64,000 nucleotides of DNA from Trueperaceae bacterium (GCA_965213705.1 OZ243913.1:3776001-3840000); one strand, 5' to 3'; shown: positions 1 to 10,207, numbered from the stretch's first letter. Numbers and translations: made by a program. The notes: generated by a model from the sequence alone, not told the origin.

Positions 1-1487
1 AACACGTAGCCCAAGCGCCCCAGGGAGCGCTGCAAGTTTAGGATTTTTTCGTCGGACGGGTCTTCGTGGACGCGGTAGAGCGCTGGGATGTCGCGTTTGG
101 AGAGTTCTTGCGCGACAAGTCGGTTGGCGAGCAGCATGAGTTCTTCGATGAGTTGCCGCGCCGCGTTGGACTTGACCGGGGTCAGCTCGAGCGTTCCTTC
201 AGCGTCCACGTCCACCTTGGCTTCGGTAAAGTCGAAGTCGAGCGCGCCGCCCTCCAAGCGTTTCTGGCGCAGGTTTTGGGTGAGGTCGACGAGCACTTTC
301 ACGTCGCGCTCTAACTTGCGTTTCCCCTGCGGCAAGCGGTCGTCGCCGTTGACGAACCTCTGAACTTGGTCGTAGGTGAGCCGGGCGTCGCTCTGGATGA
401 CGGTTTCTTTGAACTTCACCGCCTTGACCTCACCGTCCCGGCTGATGTCGACGAGCGCGGACAGGGCCAGCCGCGGCTCGCCCTCGACGAGCGAGCAAAT
501 CCCGTTGCTGAGCTGTTCGGGCAGCATCGGTAAGACCTTACCCGGCAGGTACACGCTCGTGGCGCGCTCCAAAGCCTCGCGGTCCAGACTCGTGCCCTCG
601 GCGACGTAGTAGGACACGTCGGCGATGTGGACGCCAACCCGCAGCAGGCTCTTGGGGCCGCGCCCGTCGAGACGTTCCAGGGAAATGGCGTCGTCGAAGT
701 CTTTGGCGTCGACGCCGTCCACCGTAAAGGTGTTGACGCCGCGCAGGTCGGTCCGGCCCTCCATCATTTCGCCCGTGACCGTCGGCGGCACCGCCTCGGC
801 CTCTTTCAGTGTCGCGTCGTCGAAGGCGTCTTTGAGGCTGTACTTGATGACGACGGCGCGCGTCTCGGTTTCGGGGTCGGCCTCGCCGCCCAGCACCTCC
901 TCGACCTCGGCGAAGGGGTCGCGTTCACCGGTCGTTTCGGGCCAGGCCATTTTGCCGACAATCCGGCTGCCGGCGGGCAACTTGCCGACCGAGTCGGGCA
1001 GCAGCAACACGCGCTCGCGCAGCTTGGTCGAGTCGGGCCGCAAAATCGCGTAGCCTTGCGAGTATTCCAGCGTGCCCACCACGCGGTCGTGTTTGCGTTT
1101 CAAAATGCGCACAATTTCGCCGCTTACGCGCCCGTTGTCGTTTTTCGACGAGTTGGGCCGCGCCACCACCCGGTCACCGTCCCAGGCACCGGCGAGCGCG
1201 TCGACCGGGATGAACAGGTCTTTTTCACCCTCTTTTTCCGAAATCACGAAGCCGTAGCCGCCCGAAGTAATCTGCAAGCGCCCGAGCATCAGGTTCATCT
1301 CTTGGGGCAGCCCGTAGGTACGCCGCCGCGTGCGGATGAGCTTGCCCTCGTCGATGAGGTCGGTCAGCACCTGGCGCAGCGGGCTGCGCGTGCTCAGCTT
1401 GAGCTGGTTTTGCAACTCCTGTAAGTGCCAGGGCTTTTCGGGGTGCTGTTTGAAAAAGTCGTACAGTTGGTCTTTAGAAAGGTCCAT
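1..1487 (-). CDS. rnr: Ribonuclease R (runs off the left edge; not in the ORF track)
   Basis: Manual minus-strand translation from ATG 1487: MDLSKDQLYDFFKQHPEKPWHLQ...GYGFV, then RNB motifs TVDGVDAKDFDDAIS, VGVHIADVSYYV, RATSVYLPGKVLPMLPEQLSNGICSL. Confidence 0.95.
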   Translation of the reverse strand, partial: MDLSKDQLYDFFKQHPEKPWHLQELQNQLKLSTRSPLRQVLTDLIDEGKLIRTRRRTYGLPQEMNLMLGRLQITSGGYGFVISEKEGEKDLFIPVDALAGAWDGDRVVARPNSSKNDNGRVSGEIVRILKRKHDRVVGTLEYSQGYAILRPDSTKLRERVLLLPDSVGKLPAGSRIVGKMAWPETTGERDPFAEVEEVLGGEADPETETRAVVIKYSLKDAFDDATLKEAEAVPPTVTGEMMEGRTDLRGVNTFTVDGVDAKDFDDAISLERLDGRGPKSLLRVGVHIADVSYYVAEGTSLDREALERATSVYLPGKVLPMLPEQLSNGICSLVEGEPRLALSALVDISRDGEVKAVKFKETVIQSDARLTYDQVQRFVNGDDRLPQGKRKLERDVKVLVDLTQNLRQKRLEGGALDFDFTEAKVDVDAEGTLELTPVKSNAARQLIEELMLLANRLVAQELSKRDIPALYRVHEDPSDEKILNLQRSLGRLGYV

Positions 1488-1720
1488 TGGCTTTAGTCTA
1501 GCGCTTTTCGGGGTTCGGTAGCGAAATCCGGCTGTGTTTCGGGGCCGGAAGCCGTTTTTCGCAAGGTCTTTGGAGCGTATGATGGCGGGTACCGAGGGGG
1601 CGGGCTCGAGCCGTACCGAATTACGGCCGCGCCGCTCTGAGCCAGGGTTTGGGCCAGGGACGAATAACCCTGACGGTGTGGGGGCGAAAGTCTTAAACTG
1701 AACTCGACTTTTGGTTTGAC

Positions 1721-1734
1721 TTGACGTACTTCAA
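1721..1734. promoter_or_regulatory. Possible FNR/CRP-family box TTGAC-GTAC-TTCAA upstream of the cytochrome c gene
   Basis: Near match to TTGAT-N4-ATCAA about 25 bp upstream of the start; AGGAGG RBS follows. Confidence 0.35.
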
Positions 1735-1757
1735 ATAGGTATTCAACAGGAGGACGA

Positions 1758-2984
1758 ATGAAGAAAGCGCGTGTTCTGATTTTTTGCCTGACGCTGACGA
1801 GCCTGCTCGCCGCCTGCGGTGACCGCAACAGCGGCTTTTCTCCGGCGGAAAACGCCGTGACCGCCAACCCCGAGGACACGATAGCCCTGCGCGCTCGAGA
1901 CTACGAACTGCCCCCGGCCACACCTGCACCGGACGGCCCGACGGCGTCGTACGACACGGGCGACAGCTCCGGCGGGCGCACGCTCACGCTGGACACTTTG
2001 GAGGCGTCCTTAGAACGCGCGGCGGCCGAGACCGAACCCTACCTCGAAGACGCCCTAGTTGAGAACGCGCTCGAGGACGGAACATCAACCACCATCGCTG
2101 ACGAAACGAGTGAGGGCGACGCCGCCGAAGCGACCGGCGGCGACTTGAACGTCGTCACCGACCCCACTGAGACGCCGACCGACACCGTGGTCGACCCGGC
2201 CACCGGCGGCGAGGTCGAAGTGGAAGGCACCGTAGAAGAGATGGAGCTGGGCGAGGACGTTGAACCGGATGCTGTCGAACTGGACATTGTTGAAATGAGC
2301 ACCGCCGAACCGGGCACCGATGAAGCTGCAGGTGAACCAAGCGAAGAAGCGGTTGAAGACGAAGTGATTGAAGAAGCGCCAGCCGTGGTTGCAGACCCTG
2401 AGACAGAGGCCGACTCGGAAATCGTCCCAACAACAGAAGAACTTACCGAGACGGAGGGCACGGCCGAAGGAACGGCGGAGGGCTCGAGCGTCCCGGAAAC
2501 CACCGAAGAAACCGACCCTGAAGAAACCGGCCCTGAAGAAATCACCGCCGCAGAAACCACCCCCCTCCTCGCCCAAGCCGCCAGCTTCGACTGGCAACAG
2601 CTCGGCGAGACCACCTATGCCAACTGCGTAGCTTGCCACCAGCAAAACGGTCAGGGCATCGTGGGCGCGTTTCCACCCCTGGCCGGTCACATCAACGAAC
2701 TCTACAACGCTCCCGGCGGGCGCAAGTACATCATCAACGTGGTGCTTTACGGTTTACAGGGGGAGATAGACGTCCTGGGTCAGTCTTACAACGGTTTGAT
2801 GGCGGCGTGGCCTCAACTCAGCGACGAGGAGGTTGCGGCGACTTTGAACCACGAACTCACCAGTTGGGGCAACGACGCGCTGCTGGAGGACTTCTCACCG
2901 ATTTTGCCCGAGGAGGTCGCAGCGGAACGGGACAACGCGCTCAGCTCGGCCCAGGTTTTGGAGTTGCGGCCCGCCTTGCCCTGA
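1758..2984 (+). CDS. Lipoprotein cytochrome c: long acidic linker plus C-terminal c552-like domain
   Basis: Lipobox LLAAC; E/T/A/P-rich linker; CVACH heme motif in CHQQNGQGIVGAFPPLAGH...LYGLQGEI...YNGLM, resembling Thermus c552. Confidence 0.9.
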   Translation: MKKARVLIFCLTLTSLLAACGDRNSGFSPAENAVTANPEDTIALRARDYELPPATPAPDGPTASYDTGDSSGGRTLTLDTLEASLERAAAETEPYLEDALVENALEDGTSTTIADETSEGDAAEATGGDLNVVTDPTETPTDTVVDPATGGEVEVEGTVEEMELGEDVEPDAVELDIVEMSTAEPGTDEAAGEPSEEAVEDEVIEEAPAVVADPETEADSEIVPTTEELTETEGTAEGTAEGSSVPETTEETDPEETGPEEITAAETTPLLAQAASFDWQQLGETTYANCVACHQQNGQGIVGAFPPLAGHINELYNAPGGRKYIINVVLYGLQGEIDVLGQSYNGLMAAWPQLSDEEVAATLNHELTSWGNDALLEDFSPILPEEVAAERDNALSSAQVLELRPALP

Positions 2985-3095
2985 GCGCGACCCGTTTTGT
3001 AAGGGTGCTGGCTGAACCGGCACCCTCGTTTGGCTAGACTTAAAAGTTGTTTGAGTAGGCCGACGAAACTGCCTGAGCGAAATTGAGAGGGACAC

Positions 3096-3920
3096 ATGGA
3101 AACACCCGTTTTAGGTTGGCAATTCGACCCGGTGTTGTTGGGCAGCCTGCTCACCCTGGCCGTGTCTTACGCCCTGGCGGTGGGGCCGCTGCGGTCTAAG
3201 CTCGCCCCCGGCGTGCCCTTTCCCACCCACAAAGCCGTCATTTTCGGTTCGGCCCTGGTCCTGACCTACCTCACCGAGGGGTCGCCGCTGCACGACTTGT
3301 CCGAACGCTACTTGTTCAGCGCGCACATGGTCCAGCACCTGCTGATGATGTACTTCTGCGCGCCGCTGCTCATCTGGGGCACGCCGGACTGGGTGCTCAA
3401 ACCGCTGCTGCTCAACCGCTTCGTTTATCCGGTTGCCAGGGTCGTCACTCAGCCGGTTTTTGCGGGTTTGACGTTTGCCCTCTTTTTGTCGCTGTGGCAC
3501 GTCCCGGCCGTCTACGACGCGGGCTTGCGCAACTCGACGGTGCACCACACCCAACACGTGCTGTTTTTGATCGTGGCGTTTGTCAGCTGGTGGCCCATCA
3601 TGAGCCCGTTGAAAGAGCTGCCGCGGCTCGGCTACGGCGCGCAGATTCTCTACTTGTTCGTCACCTCGACGGTGCTGCAACTGCCGCTGTTCGCCATCAT
3701 CACGTTTTCGGACCACGCGTTCTACCGCACTTACGAGCTTGCCCCGCGCATCCTCAACTTGAGCGCGACGGACGACCAGGCGCTGGCCGGCATCATCATG
3801 AAAGTGCTGGCAATGGCGATTTACAGCGTGCCGCTCGTGGTCATTTTCTTCAAGTGGCACAACGAGTCGCAACGGTCCACGCGGCGAACCCCACCGAAAC
3901 CCCGGCCGTCGAAGGTTTAG
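3096..3920 (+). CDS. ctaG: caa3-type cytochrome c oxidase assembly factor CtaG
   Basis: Multi-TM; YLFSAHMVQHLL, LWHVPAVYD, HHTQHVLF, DDQALAGIIM. Confidence 0.85.
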   Translation: METPVLGWQFDPVLLGSLLTLAVSYALAVGPLRSKLAPGVPFPTHKAVIFGSALVLTYLTEGSPLHDLSERYLFSAHMVQHLLMMYFCAPLLIWGTPDWVLKPLLLNRFVYPVARVVTQPVFAGLTFALFLSLWHVPAVYDAGLRNSTVHHTQHVLFLIVAFVSWWPIMSPLKELPRLGYGAQILYLFVTSTVLQLPLFAIITFSDHAFYRTYELAPRILNLSATDDQALAGIIMKVLAMAIYSVPLVVIFFKWHNESQRSTRRTPPKPRPSKV

Positions 3921-3923
3921 CCT

Positions 3924-4268
3924 GTGACGTCGGAACGAACCCTCAAACTGCTGCAGGGCTATATCTGGCACCCCAGGGACGAGGCCATAGACTTGAAAGA
4001 CCACTTGCCCGAACGCCTCGAGCCCGCCCTCTACATCCTCTGGGACGCCATGCCCGCCGCGCCTTTTGCGTTTTTCGACGACGGCACGCTGTCGGCGACC
4101 CAACAACTTTACCAGTTCACTGTCGTCACGCAGACCGAAAACACGGACGAGGCCGTGGACGAGGCGCAAAAGCTCGTGCCCTGGTTGGCCGAAACCCTGC
4201 AAACGCGGCTTAACGGCACACCGCCCTCGGTGGGCTGGCAGATTTTTGAAGACCTACGGGACGTCTGA
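3924..4268 (+). CDS. DUF3208-like protein (Deinococcus-Thermus family)
   Basis: LLQGYIWHP...PFAFFDDGT..Q.YQFTV...VGWQIFEDLR. Confidence 0.7.
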   Translation: MTSERTLKLLQGYIWHPRDEAIDLKDHLPERLEPALYILWDAMPAAPFAFFDDGTLSATQQLYQFTVVTQTENTDEAVDEAQKLVPWLAETLQTRLNGTPPSVGWQIFEDLRDV

Positions 4269-4634
4269 ATGCGCGCCGACGCCTTTATCGTTTTTTACCC
4301 CTGTCACGACCTGAGCGCCAGCCGTGACTTTTACGAACGCGACTTGGGCCTGAAACTGGCTCGAGACCAAAAAACTTGCCTTATCTTTCATGTCGCGGGT
4401 CGGGGTTACCTGGGCTTTTGTCAGCACGAGGGCGGTTTGCCCGCGCACGACGGACTCATCCTTACCCTGGTGACAGACGACGTAGACGAGGTTTATAAAA
4501 CGTTGCGCCGGCTCAACGTCGAGACCGAAGCGCCGCCGCGACTCAACGAACAACACGGCATCTATCACTTTTTCGCGCGCGACCCGGACGGTTACCGGGT
4601 CGAGGTGCAACGTTTTCTCGAGCCCCTAAGCTGA
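4269..4634 (+). CDS. VOC/glyoxalase family protein
   Basis: DLSASRDFYERDLGL ... FFARDPDGYRVEVQ. Confidence 0.85.
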   Translation: MRADAFIVFYPCHDLSASRDFYERDLGLKLARDQKTCLIFHVAGRGYLGFCQHEGGLPAHDGLILTLVTDDVDEVYKTLRRLNVETEAPPRLNEQHGIYHFFARDPDGYRVEVQRFLEPLS

Positions 4635-4761
4635 CCTCGAACTCACTTTTGTTGACAGCGCCGTTCGGAACAGTATGTAATGTGGGCGGGGCAAAAAGAA
4701 GTTGGTAACGAGCGGGCGTGGGGAGCAAAGCTTCCAAAGGCTCGTTCCGCGGAGGAGTCGT

Positions 4762-5148
4762 ATGCTCAAGGAGTTCCGGGAGTTTATCGCGCGCGGCAAC
4801 GTGATGGAGTTGGCGGTCGCCGTCATCCTCGGCGCGGCTTTCAACCAAATCGTCAACTCGCTCGTCGAGGACGTCGTTACCCCAGCCGTGCTCAACCCCG
4901 CGATGGAGGCCGCAGACGTCGACCAACTTGCCAATCTCACCTGGAACGGCGTCGCCTACGGCAACTTCCTAGCCGCCGTGGTGAACTTTTTGATCGTCGC
5001 CTTTGTTCTTTTCCTGTTGGTGCGGACCTACAACAACTTTATGAAGCGCTTTGAAGCCCCCGCCGCCGAGGAAAAACCCGGCAAGACCCACAGCGAGGAA
5101 ATGCTCGAGGAGATTCGCGACCTGCTGGCGAAACGACCCCTGACCTGA
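4762..5148 (+). CDS. mscL: Large-conductance mechanosensitive channel
   Basis: MLKEFREFIARGNVMELAVAVILGAAF...YGNFL...EEIRDLL; GGAGGAG RBS before ATG 4762. Confidence 0.95.
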   Translation: MLKEFREFIARGNVMELAVAVILGAAFNQIVNSLVEDVVTPAVLNPAMEAADVDQLANLTWNGVAYGNFLAAVVNFLIVAFVLFLLVRTYNNFMKRFEAPAAEEKPGKTHSEEMLEEIRDLLAKRPLT

Positions 5149-5245
5149 GTACCTAAAACAAGACGGGCCGCACGCTGGGTTCTCTTGCCCGCTCGAGTTT
5201 GCCCAACACCACGCGGACGCCGCTCGCCTCGGCTACACTTCAGCC

Positions 5246-5404
5246 ATGAGCAAGACGGTCAAAAAAAGCGACCTGCCCAGCAAAACGTGCCAAACTTGCG
5301 GGTTGACGTTTACCTGGCGCAAAAAGTGGGCAAAGAACTGGGCCGAGGTGCGCTATTGTTCCGAGCGGTGTCGGCGCAACAAAAGACGTGGGCAAGGCGC
5401 TTGA
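5246..5404 (+). CDS. DUF2256-family small Cys protein (52 aa, below the ORF-track cutoff)
   Basis: MSKTVKKSDLPSKTCQTCGLTFTWRKKWAKNWAEVRYCSERCRR; -10 TACACT 6 nt upstream. Confidence 0.85.
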   Translation: MSKTVKKSDLPSKTCQTCGLTFTWRKKWAKNWAEVRYCSERCRRNKRRGQGA

Positions 5405-5510
5405 GCTTTTGACGGCTTTTGCCGAACTGCGTCCCCGCAGAGGTAGTGGCTCAGTACCGAATGCCCCGGTAACAGACCTGTCTTTTCTCGCCGACAACCT
5501 GTTGCAACCC

Positions 5511-5540
5511 CTTGTTCAAACTCGGCTTGTTCAAACTCGG
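5511..5540. repeat. 15-bp tandem duplication CTTGTTCAAACTCGG x2
   Basis: Seen directly in the intergenic region. Confidence 0.8.
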
Positions 5541-5613
5541 CGACAGTCTCGGGTAAGCCACTACCCCCGCAAAAATGCCGCGCGCCGTACAGCTTCGCTA
5601 CATAGGGAGCGCT

Positions 5614-6063
5614 ATGCTCGTGGTCGTGCCGCCCCCGAAGACCCCACCCGACTTTGTCGACTACAGCCACGAGACGCGGGTGTCGAAAAACGCATTGTTA
5701 CGGTTTGTGTGGTTGGTGCTGGGTCTCCTTTTTACCGGTTTGGGGTTTTTGGGTTACGTGCTGCCGGGGTTGCCGGGAACGGTATTCATCCTCGTCGCGG
5801 TTTATTTTTTCGCGCGCAGCAGCCCGCGTTTTTACAACTTTTTGCTCAACAACCGCGTGTTCGGGGGGCTCATCCGCGACTGGCGGGCGGGCTTGGGCTT
5901 GCCGCTGCGCGCAAAAGTGTTGGCGGTCACGCTAATTGTCCTCAGCATCGGCTCGAGTCTGCTTTTTATCGACGTTTTGGCTGTTCGGCTGTTGCTCGTT
6001 TTTTGCGGTGTCGGCGTGAGCGCGTACCTCCTCACCCGGCCGACCAAACGCCCGGCGGCGTAA
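5614..6063 (+). CDS. YbaN/DUF454 membrane protein
   Basis: GFLGYVLPGLPGTVFILVA..FARSSPRFYNFLL...FGGLIRDW; AGGGAG RBS. Confidence 0.85.
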   Translation: MLVVVPPPKTPPDFVDYSHETRVSKNALLRFVWLVLGLLFTGLGFLGYVLPGLPGTVFILVAVYFFARSSPRFYNFLLNNRVFGGLIRDWRAGLGLPLRAKVLAVTLIVLSIGSSLLFIDVLAVRLLLVFCGVGVSAYLLTRPTKRPAA

Positions 6064-6067
6064 CGGG

Positions 6068-6724
6068 GTGGCCTGCTGCGACGTCAACGGCCTCGACCGG
6101 ATGTTCCGCGGCAGCCTCGTCGCGCAGGAAAAACGCACCCTTCTAAAACACGGTTTGAACGAGCGTCAGCGAGCTTTTTTTAAAAGTGTCTCGCTCGCCG
6201 ACAAGACCGTGCTCGACATCGGCTGCGGCGTGGGCGCACTGGGCTTGAGCGCCCTGGCGCGCGGCGCGCGCCGCGCCGAGCTTGTCGACGTGTCCCGCGC
6301 TTACATAACGGCGGCTCGAGACGTTGCGCAATACTTCAACGTCGCCGAACGCGCCGAGTTTCAGCAGGGTGACTTTACGAGTTTGAACGTCGGGGCGGCC
6401 GACGTCGTTACTTTGGACCGCGTCGTTTGCTGCTACCCGGACGCCGCCCGACTGTTGGAAAAAGCCGCCGCACACAGCCGCCATGAAATAGTGTTGAGTC
6501 ACCCGCTTCCGGCGTGGTGGCTGCACGCCGGACGCTTTGTGCTCAACCTCGGCATGAGCGCTTTCGGGCAGCGCTACCGCTTTTACCTGCACGACGAGGC
6601 GACGCTGTTGGCCGCCGCGCAGAGCGCCGGTCACGTTTTGCGCCACCGCGTCCGCCACGGGGTGTGGCAAGTTCTGGTTTTATCCAAAGCCTCGACCCTG
6701 CCAACGGGAGCCCCGAACACCTAG
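6068..6724 (+). CDS. Class I SAM-dependent methyltransferase
   Basis: VLDIGCGVG motif I; DVVTLDRVVCCYPD. Confidence 0.85.
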   Translation: MACCDVNGLDRMFRGSLVAQEKRTLLKHGLNERQRAFFKSVSLADKTVLDIGCGVGALGLSALARGARRAELVDVSRAYITAARDVAQYFNVAERAEFQQGDFTSLNVGAADVVTLDRVVCCYPDAARLLEKAAAHSRHEIVLSHPLPAWWLHAGRFVLNLGMSAFGQRYRFYLHDEATLLAAAQSAGHVLRHRVRHGVWQVLVLSKASTLPTGAPNT

Positions 6725-6755
6725 CGACTGCCACCTAGCGACCGTCACCTAGCGG
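6718..6755. repeat. Three 14-bp-period copies of CACCTAGCG
   Basis: Direct repeats between convergent genes. Confidence 0.7.
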
Positions 6756-6842
6756 ATGTCAGGGTTTCCTTTGGGGCAACTCCCCGTCAGTCGTTTCGGT
6801 GTCGTCCTGGTATCGTTACGGTAGGGAAACGCTGAAAAAACG

Positions 6843-8558
6843 TCAGTTGATGATGATGAACTCGAGCTCGGCCGGTCCCCCGGCAAAAATCGGCGCGCTG
6901 GCTTGCAAGCCCACCGTCACCGGGCCTTCGAGACGCAGCAGTTGGTTGGTAAAGCCCTCGACCTCTAACGACGTTTCGGACAAGCTGGGGTAGACCTCGT
7001 CGGACAAACCCAAGCCGAGCAGTTTGGCGTTGGCGTCGGCTAAGACTTTACGCAGGTCGTCACGAACGTTGTCGCGGCTGCCGGGGCCTAAAAAAATCTG
7101 CCGACTCACCACGAGTTGACTGCTGTCTAGGAGTTTCCGGTTCGGCGCGACCTCGACCGCGACCTCAACCGGGGCCGACACGTACTGGTTCATCTTCGAG
7201 CGCAACACCACCACGTCCTCGCCGGGCGTCTGGGAAACCTCTTGCACGATGCTCTCGTTCTGCTCCGGGCTCAGCACCACGTTCAGGCCGCCGCGGAGCA
7301 CCGCTTTTTCGCTCGCCGCCTGTACGAGCTGCGCGAGTTGCACCCGAACCAGCGTCGGCTCTTGCGCCGCAATGACGCCGCTGTGAACGACCTGATTGAC
7401 GTCGTAACTGATGTTGCGGCTGTTGACGTTAGCAGCTTCTTCCTTGGCCCGCTCAAGTTCATTCGTTTGCCGTTCCAAGTCTTGCATCAGGGTCGCGTTC
7501 GTGCTTTGCAGCCCCTCCAACTCTTCGTTCAGCGCCACGGTGTCGGCCCGCAGGATGTTGTTGAGGCTGGCAAGTTCTACGTTTCTTTGTAACAACACGT
7601 CCGACTTTTCCTCGAGTTCACTGTTTTGCGCGCTCAAACTGCTGTTTTGCGAACTCAACCGTCCGGCCTGTTCCTCCAAACCGTCGATGTTTTCTTGCAG
7701 CGTGGCGGCTCGAGCTTCAGCCTCCTGGCGCTTTTGAACCGCTTCGTCGCGGGCGCTGTTGGCCCGGTCGAGTTCGCCCTGCGCACTAGAGAGCGCGTCC
7801 TGGGTTTCCGCGAGCCGCGTTTGCGTGTCTTCCAGGGTTTGCTGCGCCGCCGCCAACTCGTCGCGAGAGCTGACGAGTTCGCCTTGAACGCTGCCCAGTT
7901 GCGCCTGCGCCGCCGCGACGTCTTTGGTCAAGGTTTCGACGTCCTGCCGAGACGCCGCGGCTTGTTTAGATGCCTCGGCAGCTTCTGCTACCGCTTCCTG
8001 CCGAGCTTGGTCGGCTTCTTCAAACTGTCGCCGGGTGCTGAGCAGGTTCGCCTCCGCCTCGGCTACCTTGTCCTGAGCTGAAGCCAACGAGGTGTTCAGG
8101 TTCGCAATGTCGGTTTCCAAACCCTGTTGCGTGGCTTGCAAGTCCGAGATGTCCGCTCGAGCCTCGTCCCGCGCCCGCTCCGCCGTCTCGACCTCGGTCT
8201 GCGCCTGAAAGAGTTCCTGACTTCTGGCCTCGACTTGGGTTTGCAACTCCTCGACTTGGGCCGTAGAACGCCGCACCCGCGCCTCTTGTTCGGCCAGCTG
8301 CACACCGACCGGCTGCGCCCTCATGATGACCTGAACAGCGTTTCGAAAACTTAACGCCAGCGTGCCCAGAGTCACGAGCATGATGAGGATGCCCGCAAAC
8401 ACGCCGATAATCCGCCCACTTTGCTTGGGCCGCACCCCGAACAAGCTCAGGCGGCGCTTGCCGACGAGCGTGCCCAACACGTCGCCCGTGTAAGCGATGA
8501 CGCCCGCGAGCGCGACCAGCAAAACAACCAGCACGACGATGTTCGTGATATCGGTCAT
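6843..8558 (-). CDS. DUF3084-like membrane-anchored long coiled-coil protein
   Basis: N-terminal GVIAYTGDVLGTLVGKRRLSLFGVRPK with two TMs, then a long heptad coiled coil. Confidence 0.8.
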   Translation of the reverse strand: MTDITNIVVLVVLLVALAGVIAYTGDVLGTLVGKRRLSLFGVRPKQSGRIIGVFAGILIMLVTLGTLALSFRNAVQVIMRAQPVGVQLAEQEARVRRSTAQVEELQTQVEARSQELFQAQTEVETAERARDEARADISDLQATQQGLETDIANLNTSLASAQDKVAEAEANLLSTRRQFEEADQARQEAVAEAAEASKQAAASRQDVETLTKDVAAAQAQLGSVQGELVSSRDELAAAQQTLEDTQTRLAETQDALSSAQGELDRANSARDEAVQKRQEAEARAATLQENIDGLEEQAGRLSSQNSSLSAQNSELEEKSDVLLQRNVELASLNNILRADTVALNEELEGLQSTNATLMQDLERQTNELERAKEEAANVNSRNISYDVNQVVHSGVIAAQEPTLVRVQLAQLVQAASEKAVLRGGLNVVLSPEQNESIVQEVSQTPGEDVVVLRSKMNQYVSAPVEVAVEVAPNRKLLDSSQLVVSRQIFLGPGSRDNVRDDLRKVLADANAKLLGLGLSDEVYPSLSETSLEVEGFTNQLLRLEGPVTVGLQASAPIFAGGPAELEFIIIN

Positions 8559-8567
8559 CTGCCGAAC

Positions 8568-9341
8568 CTACATCTGAAAGTCGGAGCCGAGGTAGTAGTG
8601 CCGCACGTCGGGGTCGTCGGCGAAATCCTGCGGGGTGCCGCTAAAGCGAACCTTACCATCGAACATAAGATACACCCGGTCGGCGATGGCTAGGGTTTCA
8701 CGCACGCTGTGGTCGGTTAAAAGCACGCCCAAACCGCGCCGCTCGCGCAGGTCGGCGATTAACAGCTGAATCTCGCGGATGCTTTTCGGGTCGACCCCGG
8801 TAAAGGGTTCGTCGAGCAGGATGAACTGCGGACTGATGGTGAGGCTCCGCGCGATTTCCAGCCGCCGCCGCTCGCCACCCGACAAGGTATCCGCGCGGTG
8901 CTGCGCCAGGTGGCCCAAATGGAACTCGTCGAGCAGTTCCATAGCTCGCTCAATGTGCTCGCTCTTTTTGACCTTTTGAAACTCGAGAATAGAAATGAGG
9001 TTGTCCACGACGCTCATCTTGCGAAACGCGCTCGGCTCCTGCGCCAAGTAGCCGAGTCCGGCGCGGGCGCGCTTGTACATCGGCCAACTTGTAATGGCCT
9101 GCTTGCCCAGGTAAATGCGCCCGGCGTTGGGCCGGATAAAGCCGACCATCATGTAAAAGCTCGTTGTCTTGCCCGCGCCGTTGGGACCGAGCAGCGCTAC
9201 AATTTCGCCGGGGTTGAGCAGAAAATCCACGCCATCCACGACCTTGTGGCCACCGTATTTTTTGACGAGCCCCTTCGCCTGAAGGCTCGCCGTCGTGGGA
9301 ATCGCAGGTTGGGGCGCGGGCGCGTGGGTCAAGACGGTCAC
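8568..9341 (-). CDS. lptB: LptB-type ABC transporter ATP-binding protein
   Basis: [57 protein letters not shown]. Confidence 0.92.
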   Translation of the reverse strand: MTVLTHAPAPQPAIPTTASLQAKGLVKKYGGHKVVDGVDFLLNPGEIVALLGPNGAGKTTSFYMMVGFIRPNAGRIYLGKQAITSWPMYKRARAGLGYLAQEPSAFRKMSVVDNLISILEFQKVKKSEHIERAMELLDEFHLGHLAQHRADTLSGGERRRLEIARSLTISPQFILLDEPFTGVDPKSIREIQLLIADLRERRGLGVLLTDHSVRETLAIADRVYLMFDGKVRFSGTPQDFADDPDVRHYYLGSDFQM

Positions 9342-9392
9342 TCGAGCAATGGTAGCACGAGGGGAGTGAGGGGAAAGTTATAAAATTAAGAG

Positions 9393-9416
9393 TTGGAAAG
9401 TACCGAGTGGAAAGTA
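9393..9416. repeat. Copy of dispersed intergenic repeat (GGAAAGTACCGAGTGGAAAGTA)
   Basis: Shares core AAAGTACCGAGT with 20667-20827 and 38086-38119. Confidence 0.7.
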
Positions 9417-9466
9417 AAGGCCGAAAGCTTTTTCTCCCTACCTCCTCCGCTCCTCAGCTTTGAGAC

Positions 9467-10207
9467 TCAAACCGTCAGGACGAGCGGCCTGCCCTTTTGC
9501 ACGACGACGGTGTTTTCGTAATGCGCTGTCAAACTACCGTCCTCCGTACCGATGGTCCAACCATCGCGGCGTTTGGCGACGCGGCTTTTGCCCACGGCAA
9601 TCATCGGTTCGACGGCGATGACGAGGTTGTCGGTCAGCGGCTGCCGAAAGTCGGGATGGTAAAAGTTCAGGACTTCGGGTTCTTCGTGAATGGCCCGCCC
9701 GACACCGTGACCGGCCAGCTCGTGAATCACCTCAAAGCCGAACCGGTGCGCCTCGCGCTCTACCACGCGACCGACGCCGTTGAGGGGCTTGCCCGCCCGC
9801 ACCACGCGCATCGCCGCCCAAAAGGCCGACTCGGCGCAAGCTACGAGCCTCAACGCGACCTTAGAGGCCGGCGGCACGACCACCGTCCGCGCGGCGTCGG
9901 CGATGTAGCCGTTCAGGATGGGCGTCACGTCCAGCTTGACCACGTCGCCCGCTTGCAGTTTACGCTTGGTGGGCAGGCCGTGGACAACCACGTCGTTGAC
10001 CGAGATGAAAGCGTTCACGGGCGCGCCGTACAGCAGCCGGGGCGCGGAAAAAGCGCCGTGCTCTTGAAAGACGCGACCACAAACCGCGTCGAGTTCGGCC
10101 GGGGTGACGCCGGGCTCAACGGCGTCTTGCAGCGCGGCGAGCGCTTCTTTGACGACCTCGCTCACCCGCTGCAAGCCCTGCAAGTCTTGTTCGGAGCCGA
10201 CGGACAC
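9467..10207 (-). CDS. map: Methionine aminopeptidase type I
   Basis: [48 protein letters not shown]. Confidence 0.93.
   Translation of the reverse strand: MSVGSEQDLQGLQRVSEVVKEALAALQDAVEPGVTPAELDAVCGRVFQEHGAFSAPRLLYGAPVNAFISVNDVVVHGLPTKRKLQAGDVVKLDVTPILNGYIADAARTVVVPPASKVALRLVACAESAFWAAMRVVRAGKPLNGVGRVVEREAHRFGFEVIHELAGHGVGRAIHEEPEVLNFYHPDFRQPLTDNLVIAVEPMIAVGKSRVAKRRDGWTIGTEDGSLTAHYENTVVVQKGRPLVLTV

Noticed and set aside
66..1424. Plus-strand ORFs such as 627-1424
   Set aside because: Antisense shadows of rnr, which is missing from the track only because it runs off the edge
6068..6724. Methyltransferase as bchM or a DNA MTase for CTCGAG
   Set aside because: No photosynthesis genes nearby and no DPPY/NPPY or PCQ motif
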